IMG/VR virus record: IMGVR_UViG_2531839330_000011
Length of the DNA: 35,429 nt
DNA from: a virus
Lineage: Duplodnaviria > Heunggongvirae > Uroviricota > Caudoviricetes
Direction: 5' to 3' (one strand)
Shown here: in pieces, positions 1-6,275 of the stretch
Layout: the number at the start of each line of letters is the position of its first letter
How positions within the stretch are numbered: position 1 is the first letter of the stretch
Notes under the pieces: generated by a model
Seen by the model: the letters and a program-made list of their open reading frames with translations, nothing else
The model's database searches: none
Told to the model about the DNA's origin: nothing
Made by a program: the position numbers and the translations under genes

Positions 1-1002
1 TTACCCTCTATTGTCAAAAGGGTTCAATTCAACAGCAGCCTCTAAATGACCTGGAGCAAAATGCGCATAACGCATAGTCATTTTTATATCGCTATGCCCC
101 AGTATTTTTTGCAACACAAGAATATTTCCGCCCCGCATCATAAAATGACTGGCAAACGTGTGACGTAGCACATGAGTTAATTGCCCATCAGGAAGCTCGA
201 TCTTCGCTCTCTTAATTGCAGCGTCAAAAGCCTCATAACATGGTGAAAATAGCGCTCCTCGTTTTTTGGGAAGCATAGCCTGCAATTGAGGTGAAATCGG
301 TACAGTGCGGTTCTTCTTTCCTTTAGTTTTAACAAATGTGATTCGACCGGGCAGTACTTGAGATTGCTTTAATCCTTCTGCTTCACTCCACCGAGCACCA
401 GTCGCAAGCCCAATACGGACAACAACCCCCAAATCTTTATTCCGTGACTCATCACACGCAATCAGAAGGCGTTCAATCTCATCTACATACAGAAACGCCA
501 GTTCCTTTTCTTCCTCACGAAACTTGCGAATACCAGTCAGGGGGTTTTCACCAGACCACTCCCCAAGGCGCTTCAGTTCGGCAAAAACAGCATGTAGATA
601 TGACTGCTCGCGATTAACGGTTGCTTCACTAAGTTTTTTCTTCCCCTTGGGATTCCACTCTCCTGATAACCTTCTTTCCCGATAAGTGGCAAACATATTT
701 TTGTCAAACTGAGAAGCAAATGGATCTCCCAGCCTGGAACAAATCGCCTCAAGTTTGACTTTGCGCTCTGCACCAGAGGACAAGGTTTTACCGTACATCT
801 CAAACCAACGAGCAATCAACTCAGAAAGACGAGGACCAGAACCATCTTGAAACTCGTCTCCAACTCTACTATTCATTAAACGGCGCTCATAAGAGAGCGC
901 CTCACTTTTTGTCGCAAACTGTTTACGAATGCGTTTTCCCGATGCCCCGTAGGGATAACATTCGCAAAGCCATTTACCTGATGGAATCTTACGAACCGAC
1001 AT
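1..1002 (-). CDS. int: Phage integrase, tyrosine recombinase (P2 Int-like), 333 aa
   Basis: C-terminal catalytic region with conserved R...HxxR...Y pattern (LRHTFASH...MTMRYAHF) and size match P2-type integrases. Start codon at 1002, stop at window position 1. Confidence 0.93.
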   Translation of the reverse strand: MSVRKIPSGKWLCECYPYGASGKRIRKQFATKSEALSYERRLMNSRVGDEFQDGSGPRLSELIARWFEMYGKTLSSGAERKVKLEAICSRLGDPFASQFDKNMFATYRERRLSGEWNPKGKKKLSEATVNREQSYLHAVFAELKRLGEWSGENPLTGIRKFREEEKELAFLYVDEIERLLIACDESRNKDLGVVVRIGLATGARWSEAEGLKQSQVLPGRITFVKTKGKKNRTVPISPQLQAMLPKKRGALFSPCYEAFDAAIKRAKIELPDGQLTHVLRHTFASHFMMRGGNILVLQKILGHSDIKMTMRYAHFAPGHLEAAVELNPFDNRG

Positions 1003-1007
1003 TTTAG

Positions 1008-1355
1008 TTACTTATCACATAAATCAAATGCAGCCTTAGTGACATCCCCCAGGCTCTTTTTTAACCCTGGGGCGGCATCATTATCTAGCCAAAATGGATT
1101 ATTGTTATCTAACGGTAACGCACCAAATGTTTTACCTTTTATTCGAGCCAAACCTGTAAGTGCATATAACTTATTATCGTCAAAATTCATCACATAAGGA
1201 TTACCATCAAGACACTGTAATTGAACCTCATCAGTATTAAATGGCCATACCCCATTGAAACTCTCACGTTCAATAGTTTTAAAAGGCATTGCGACGGCGG
1301 AAAAAGAAAACATAGATAAAAAAGTAACTAATAGTTGAACCTTTTTTACTTTCAT
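1008..1355 (-). CDS. Small secreted protein (N-terminal signal peptide, two Cys), unknown function; lysogenic-operon cargo
   Basis: 115 aa. N-terminal hydrophobic signal (MKVKKVQLLVTFLSMFSFSAVA). AT-rich codon usage unlike flanking phage genes. RBS-like GAGGT upstream of the ATG at 1355. Tightly packed between int and the upstream gene. Confidence 0.6.
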   Translation of the reverse strand: MKVKKVQLLVTFLSMFSFSAVAMPFKTIERESFNGVWPFNTDEVQLQCLDGNPYVMNFDDNKLYALTGLARIKGKTFGALPLDNNNPFWLDNDAAPGLKKSLGDVTKAAFDLCDK

Positions 1356-1384
1356 ATCATTACCTCAATTTAGCTCAAGTAAGA

Positions 1385-2035
1385 TTACAAATTAAAAAAC
1401 GCCCTAGAAATGACACCGCCTACCAAAACCCCTACGCAGATAAAGAATATTATTTCTTTTGGATAAAGTCGGATTAATTCTGAAGCACGAAGTCGGACTT
1501 CTGGTAAGGTCGAACTCTCTGTGTGGCTTGATGCCGATTGTTGCTCTAACCACGACAATGCAGACTGTAACTGAGAACGAGTAAGATCGTTTAAACGTCC
1601 TGTACCGAAATTGATATGGCAATACCGCAGAAGTTTTTGTCGAAGTCCACAGTCTTCACTGTTACGTAGTAATAAACTTACAAGAGCCTTACAGGCATCA
1701 TGATCTTTACATCGCTCAAGCATTGCATGCAGAAAACTCTCCGCTGTTTTATATTGATTTACTGTCATATCATCAATACCAGCTACACCAATCTCCGCAT
1801 GTACTTTTTGCCAAATAATAAACGCTTCAGTATTGCTAGCTTCTGCAATAGCAGCAACCAAGCTATTTAGCTCCTTACGCTGAGCCTTAAGCAAAGGGCG
1901 ATCGTCATCATCATTATTCGAAGGGATTGCGATATTGACGGTATGAGAACCATCATATCGCTCTATCTGAATATTCTTTTCGTGAAAATCACGCCCAGCA
2001 ACGCGATTGTTTGAACCGTTTGAGTTGACGGCCAT
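1385..2035 (-). CDS. C-terminally membrane-anchored protein of unknown function; lysogenic-operon cargo
   Basis: 216 aa. Strong AGGGAGG RBS 12 nt after the repressor stop. Single C-terminal hydrophobic helix (IIFFICVGVLVGGVISRAFF). N-terminus carries SNNRVAGRDF, a near-copy of the repressor C-terminal motif GNNRIAGRDY. AT-rich. Confidence 0.65.
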   Translation of the reverse strand: MAVNSNGSNNRVAGRDFHEKNIQIERYDGSHTVNIAIPSNNDDDDRPLLKAQRKELNSLVAAIAEASNTEAFIIWQKVHAEIGVAGIDDMTVNQYKTAESFLHAMLERCKDHDACKALVSLLLRNSEDCGLRQKLLRYCHINFGTGRLNDLTRSQLQSALSWLEQQSASSHTESSTLPEVRLRASELIRLYPKEIIFFICVGVLVGGVISRAFFNL

Positions 2036-2047
2036 GTCACCTCCCTA

Positions 2048-2455
2048 CTATCCCCTACCCTTAGTTTCGTTATAGTCACGACCAGCGATACGGTTATTAC
2101 CACCAGAAATATTTAACTCACGTCCTGATGGCTGAGTTTCCTTTTCACTGATCGCACCTTTTAAAGCCCCAATCACCGCGTTTTTCACATCTAACGAAGC
2201 TGCTCGAAAGCGAGTAATCAACTCCTGCTCATCATCGTTATAAGTTTCAGGTGAGTGAATTCCCAACACAACATACTGAACATCAAGGCCAAAACGAGAC
2301 AGCGCTGCCAAATACGCAGCATCAGGAAAGCTATCTCCTTTCTCATATCTAAGCTGAGTTAGCTTTTTGACTCCACCAATGTCGCTCATGGCAACTTGAC
2401 TAAGTCCCAATCTTTCCCTTTCCTCACGCAACCGCTGACCAATATCATTTTTCAT
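2048..2455 (-). CDS. Prophage repressor, XRE/Cro-C1 type helix-turn-helix (CI/C-like immunity repressor)
   Basis: N-terminal HTH (IGQRLREERERLGLSQVAMSDIGGVKKLTQLRYEKG). Divergent from cox-like genes. Start taken at the internal Met (ATG 2455) because the longer ORF would overlap the divergent gene start. Confidence 0.8.
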   Translation of the reverse strand: MKNDIGQRLREERERLGLSQVAMSDIGGVKKLTQLRYEKGDSFPDAAYLAALSRFGLDVQYVVLGIHSPETYNDDEQELITRFRAASLDVKNAVIGALKGAISEKETQPSGRELNISGGNNRIAGRDYNETKGRG

Positions 2456-2465
2456 ACAAAAAACC

Positions 2466-2531
2466 TTGACAGGTATCTTTTTTGATACCAAAATGATTTC
2501 ACGAGCTATTAGATGATCACAATATACCACT
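2466..2531 (+). promoter_or_regulatory. Lysis-lysogeny switch region: TTGACA -35 hexamer (2466..2471) immediately followed by perfect palindrome GGTATC-N6-GATACC (2472..2489), a candidate operator and early rightward promoter
   Basis: Read directly from the sequence. Sits in the 76-bp divergent interval between the repressor and the first rightward gene. Confidence 0.5.
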
Positions 2532-2738
2532 ATGAAACAAGTTCTTCACGATACCAGATCACGCATTCCGCGTAACCCCGCCACAGGTCCAAGACTGGCA
2601 CTTCGGCTGTCCCTCGAGGAGCGAGCCGTCATTGATGAAATGGCAGCTAAAGAACAACGCTCATCCTCTAACATGGCGCGCATGATCTTCCTTCGCGGCC
2701 TAGAGCTAACCCAGAAAGAACAAAACAAATCTTCCTGA
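2532..2738 (+). CDS. Small ribbon-helix-helix-like DNA-binding protein (Cro/Apl-like early regulator candidate)
   Basis: 68 aa. Segment RLALRLSLEERAVIDEMAAKEQRSSSNMARMIF resembles RHH/MobC-type motifs. First gene divergent from the repressor. Confidence 0.5.
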   Translation: MKQVLHDTRSRIPRNPATGPRLALRLSLEERAVIDEMAAKEQRSSSNMARMIFLRGLELTQKEQNKSS

Positions 2739-2754
2739 TCAGGAGGCTAGTGGG

Positions 2755-2958
2755 ATGTCAGGTATAACCATCAATATCAATGTGAATGCCCCCTATGTAT
2801 CCCTGCAGAAATATGCAGAGATAACAGGTATCCCTCTTAATACATGCAAAAAGATGTTGGCTGACGGTCGAATTATTATCCGCCCCAAACGCGCCAAAAT
2901 GGAAAAGCCTGAAGTAAACCTTGTGGCGATGTTAAAAGACGCTTTGGCTAACAGCTAA
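2755..2958 (+). CDS. cox: Cox/excisionase-like HTH protein
   Basis: 67 aa. APYVSLQKYAEITGIPLNTCKKMLADGRIIIRP resembles the P2 Cox HTH region (IPYQEFAKLIGKSTGAVRRMIDKGKLPVI, recalled from memory). Position matches P2 cox. Confidence 0.6.
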   Translation: MSGITININVNAPYVSLQKYAEITGIPLNTCKKMLADGRIIIRPKRAKMEKPEVNLVAMLKDALANS

Positions 2959-2979
2959 AACAATGAACAGAGCACCATC

Positions 2980-3330
2980 ATGAAAAAAAACGCTAATAAT
3001 CCATACTCCAAATTTCGTAATAGCGTAGAACGCCATGTACACCACGTCGCTACCAGTGCATCACGTAGTAACAGTCGCTATAACCTGAACGAGACGCACG
3101 CAACACCGGATGGCCACGCTGTAAAACAAATCGGCGAGCATGCCTGGCTGATTGAGAAAGCTGGAATCGTGGTCCACAAATGCCCACGCAATCCGTTTAC
3201 CGGAAACCGCATTTTTGCATTGAACTGCGGCGACAATCACTTCGGGCAGGATTTCACATTATACGAAGCACTTCGCACGGTTGATCGTCTGCTTCGCGGG
3301 CAAAGTTTTATTAAACAGGCTGATTTATAA
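2980..3330 (+). CDS. Hypothetical early protein
   Basis: 116-aa ORF in the early rightward operon. No recognisable motif. Confidence 0.45.
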   Translation: MKKNANNPYSKFRNSVERHVHHVATSASRSNSRYNLNETHATPDGHAVKQIGEHAWLIEKAGIVVHKCPRNPFTGNRIFALNCGDNHFGQDFTLYEALRTVDRLLRGQSFIKQADL

Positions 3331-3340
3331 CAGGTGCTTT

Positions 3341-3619
3341 ATGACCAAAGAGCATGCACAAGGTGTATTTATCCGTTTTATTGATTTTCGCGGTGAACTG
3401 TTATTACGCGCATCAGCCATTGACGGAGTTGTTCCATCCGAAAAAAACGCAGCTACTTACGTTTATCTGAACGGTACGCGCCTGACTGTGGAGCTTCCGT
3501 ACCAGACCGTACGAGAAATCATTAGCGAAGCTGAAAAGGCACGTCAGGTTAATGGCGATGAACCCTATATCGAAATTATTTGTATGGATTCAGAAGCTGA
3601 AATTCAGAAAGCAGATTAA
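3341..3619 (+). CDS. Hypothetical early protein
   Basis: ORF 3281..3619 trimmed to the internal ATG at 3341 (MTKEHAQ...) to avoid overlapping the upstream gene. 92 aa. Confidence 0.45.
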   Translation: MTKEHAQGVFIRFIDFRGELLLRASAIDGVVPSEKNAATYVYLNGTRLTVELPYQTVREIISEAEKARQVNGDEPYIEIICMDSEAEIQKAD

Positions 3620-3630
3620 AGGGCGTTGCG

Positions 3631-3873
3631 ATGGGCAAAGAATATAAAACTCTCATTAACAAAGCACTTGAACGATTTTATTTTCGCTTAAGTGCATCAG
3701 GCGCTCATGCTGAACATGCAGCCCGTGACTCATTGACCAGGGCAATCCGGAGTTTGTATGACGTTGCTTTTTACGCTGATGATCTGGATGCACTTAACGA
3801 ACTTTCCGAGCTGATCTGTGCCGCAGAATGCGGGGAACACATTGAACCGTATAAGCTGGGGAATATCGCATGA
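3631..3873 (+). CDS. Hypothetical early protein
   Basis: 80-aa ORF with compact spacing to neighbours. Confidence 0.45.
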   Translation: MGKEYKTLINKALERFYFRLSASGAHAEHAARDSLTRAIRSLYDVAFYADDLDALNELSELICAAECGEHIEPYKLGNIA

Positions 3874-3983
3874 GTATATTTATCTCATGGCTTGTTCTGA
3901 TTATTTCGGTGGCCTGCGCCATTGGGATTATGCGAATTATTCATTCAGTAAAAAAGATTGAACGCTTTTTTACTGACAAATAA
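3870..3983 (+). CDS. Small hydrophobic membrane peptide (37 aa), translationally coupled by ATGA overlap
   Basis: ATG at 3870 overlaps the TGA stop of the upstream ORF. Translation MSIFISWLVLIISVACAIGIMRIIHSVKKIERFFTDK has one predicted TM helix and a basic tail. Not in the supplied ORF track because it is under 60 aa. Confidence 0.4.
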   Translation: MSIFISWLVLIISVACAIGIMRIIHSVKKIERFFTDK

Positions 3984-4075
3984 CAGCTTAAACAAAACAC
4001 CAGATTAAACCCGAAAACCTGAAAACTATCCGCATTCGCGGAGGTATTCGCACACGTAAATAACGGAGATATAAA

Positions 4076-4492
4076 ATGAACGCAAAAGAAAAAAATATTA
4101 TCAATACATTAAAAATAGTGTCAGCAGAGCAAGACAAGCTGTCCAGGGCAGCCCAGAAAGATAATCAACATATGGCAGCGCTTTACGCACTGACCATCGC
4201 AATAGCCGCCTCTGAAGCAGCCAAAGTTATTGAGGAACAGAGCAAAGAAATCGACACTCTTAAAACACAGTCAACAGTTGCAGCCATGAATCCGTCCAGC
4301 ATTGGACGCTGCATTTATATTCTTGGTTCAGCAATGATGCTGCAATACACCATTATTGCCGAACTGCACGGCAAATACCTGATAACGCCTTACCACACAA
4401 AAGAGTCAGAGCTTCTGACAAATCTCCGCCTGATAGAACGCTCTCAAGCTGTATTCATTGATGACGCGCAATGTGCCGTATTTAACGCATAG
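4076..4492 (+). CDS. Hypothetical protein, AT-rich (moron-like)
   Basis: 138-aa ORF. Preceded by a 90-bp non-coding gap and GGAG RBS. Visibly more AT-rich than the surrounding phage genes. Confidence 0.5.
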   Translation: MNAKEKNIINTLKIVSAEQDKLSRAAQKDNQHMAALYALTIAIAASEAAKVIEEQSKEIDTLKTQSTVAAMNPSSIGRCIYILGSAMMLQYTIIAELHGKYLITPYHTKESELLTNLRLIERSQAVFIDDAQCAVFNA

Positions 4493-4515
4493 GGTTACTG
4501 GACAAAGGGGGCGCA

Positions 4516-4719
4516 ATGGCAATTAAGCATTTTCCCGTCGTTCGCTTTACCTCCAGAGGGCGCGAATACGAGGTCGACGAACGCCTGATTACCACTATCG
4601 ACAAACATCGTTCGGAAAAGGATGCACACCACATCTACCTCACTGACGGCACTTACTTCTGCGCCACCAACGTGGCGCGGGTGAATCTTATCCGACAGGT
4701 ACAGGAGCCACGCAGATGA
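4516..4719 (+). CDS. Hypothetical early protein
   Basis: 67-aa ORF. Its stop overlaps the next gene's start. Confidence 0.45.
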   Translation: MAIKHFPVVRFTSRGREYEVDERLITTIDKHRSEKDAHHIYLTDGTYFCATNVARVNLIRQVQEPRR

Positions 4720-4982
4720 CCATTCTGGACTACATCGCTACTCATCCGGGGTGTAGCGGCGGAGAGATCGCCGCAGCACTGAATCCCCCAACCACAGCCA
4801 TTAATGCTGAGTTACGCCGACTTTGGCGCGGCGGCTTAGTCATCAGAACAAACCGCAGCACAGGTGGTCGCGCTCGCAAAACAGGAGGCCAGGCTTCTTA
4901 CCACGTAAACCCGATGCTGTTCGGGTGTAGCAATCCACTTACTCACATGTTTAACCAGCTACTGAAGGAAGCCAGAGCATGA
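4716..4982 (+). CDS. Hypothetical small protein, possible winged-helix DNA-binding
   Basis: 88 aa. The segment GCSGGEIAAALNPPTTAINAELRRLWRGGLV looks like an HTH/winged-helix. Overlapping start and stop with neighbours. Confidence 0.45.
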   Translation: MTILDYIATHPGCSGGEIAAALNPPTTAINAELRRLWRGGLVIRTNRSTGGRARKTGGQASYHVNPMLFGCSNPLTHMFNQLLKEARA

Positions 4983-5278
4983 GCACCATCAACCACCAGA
5001 AGCTACGCGAACTGGCATTTGCCCTGCAACGAATGGCAACGCCTCAAAAATTACTGGCATTTCGCGCAATGCTCTCGCCGTCTGCTGTGCTGGCACTGCT
5101 GGATCAGCTGGAGCACGCCAGAACCACGGCTCCTGCCATTCGCCTCACGCTCCATCATGAAATCGCTGATTTCTGCGCAACGCTGGGGGCACCTGGCGAA
5201 CCGGAAACGCCGGAAGCAATGCAGCAAGAGCTGCTGCAACGCATCGATAACGTTTTTGATTTTTTTCTGAACCAGTAA
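4979..5278 (+). CDS. Hypothetical early protein
   Basis: 99-aa ORF, operon-coupled. Confidence 0.45.
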   Translation: MSTINHQKLRELAFALQRMATPQKLLAFRAMLSPSAVLALLDQLEHARTTAPAIRLTLHHEIADFCATLGAPGEPETPEAMQQELLQRIDNVFDFFLNQ

Positions 5279-5289
5279 GAAACCAGAAC

Positions 5290-5600
5290 ATGCACACACA
5301 AAAAAACCGCTTGCCATGCCTCAATCGGTCAGGTTACATTTCCGCTGCAGCTCATAAAACGGGTGCCGGGATTCTCAACCCGATACAGAGCAAAGCGCAT
5401 AACCGCGCAAGCGGTTTTTTTGTGCGTACTGTATTGCCACGTCTTTTTCGCGTCAGAATTATGGCGGGGCGTACGGGGCCGACTTCGGTCGGGCCGGATT
5501 CTTTGCTCTCCGGTGTTGAGAACCCTGTACGTCTCGCCACCCCGAGATTCTCAACTCTGGATGGTGAGTTATTTCTATCACCGAGCAAAGAGGCCACACC
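5290..5600 (+). other. Highly structured non-coding segment (candidate ncRNA or terminator/regulatory element)
   Basis: 15-bp perfect inverted repeat AAAAAAACCGCTTGC (5300..5314) / GCAAGCGGTTTTTTT (5407..5421). Local hairpin CCGC-GCAA-GCGG followed by T7. Hairpin GGCCGAC-TTCG-GTCGGGCC near 5478..5497. Repeated ATTCTCAAC motifs at about 5380 and 5548 with an inverted copy near 5514. ORFs called across this interval lack protein-like composition. Confidence 0.35.
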
Positions 5601-5831
5601 ATGGCAGACCGCAAACAGCACCGCACTATCGCGGAGCGTCGTCACATCCAGACTGAAATCAACCACAGACTTTCCCGCGCATCACGCGTCGCGCAAATCA
5701 TGCACATCAATATGCTGCATGAGCGCAGCCACGCACTATCAAACATTTATTCCGCCTCTGTTTTCAGCTATCTGGCGGATGATCTGCACGAGCTTCAACA
5801 GCTCATCCAGCAGCAAAACAAACTCCATTAA
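5601..5831 (+). CDS. Hypothetical small basic protein
   Basis: 76-aa ORF with AGAGG RBS 8 nt upstream. Confidence 0.5.
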   Translation: MADRKQHRTIAERRHIQTEINHRLSRASRVAQIMHINMLHERSHALSNIYSASVFSYLADDLHELQQLIQQQNKLH

Positions 5832-5903
5832 TTCCTGTTCCGGGCCTTTCCTGCACCTTGCGGCGGGAGGCCTTCGCACATCTGTAACAAGAGGATTGCC
5901 GCA

Positions 5904-6269
5904 ATGATTCTCGCCAACGACTTTCTTGAATACCTGCTCAACACAGAGCGTGATCTTGCCGCTCGCGTACGTGATCGTTATGACATGTATCTGAAATCCC
6001 TGCCTGTACCGCAGCTCGCTGACGGAAAAATTGTTATTGATGGTCGCTACATGATTGACAGCCACGAGGGGAATTACAGGCTTTACCGCATTGAAGCCGG
6101 CACCCCGTCCGTTATTGGCATTTACCAGCGCCCATCCTCTGCGATCGTCGATGTGATTGCCGACAGCATCCGCATCACACACCACCATGCCGACACAGAA
6201 GACACTGTGCTGGAGATTCAGCGGCTGGCTGCCGTTTGCCGTGACACTCTGAACGGAATGACGAAGTAA
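5904..6269 (+). CDS. Hypothetical protein immediately upstream of replication gene A
   Basis: 121-aa ORF. Sits at the position P2 gene B occupies, but no similarity recognised. Confidence 0.5.
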   Translation: MILANDFLEYLLNTERDLAARVRDRYDMYLKSLPVPQLADGKIVIDGRYMIDSHEGNYRLYRIEAGTPSVIGIYQRPSSAIVDVIADSIRITHHHADTEDTVLEIQRLAAVCRDTLNGMTK

Positions 6270-6275
6270 ATCAGT

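Noticed and set aside
5290-5600. Retron msr/msd interpretation of the inverted-repeat-flanked structured RNA
   Set aside because: The inverted repeats are reminiscent of retron a1/a2 arms, but no reverse transcriptase ORF (no YxDD-containing protein of about 300 aa) is adjacent or anywhere in the window.
5290-5907. 205-aa plus-strand ORF spanning the structured region
   Set aside because: Low-complexity translation. It overlaps two better-supported ORFs (5601..5831, 5904..6269) in another frame and crosses hairpins and a terminator-like element, so the non-coding interpretation is preferred.
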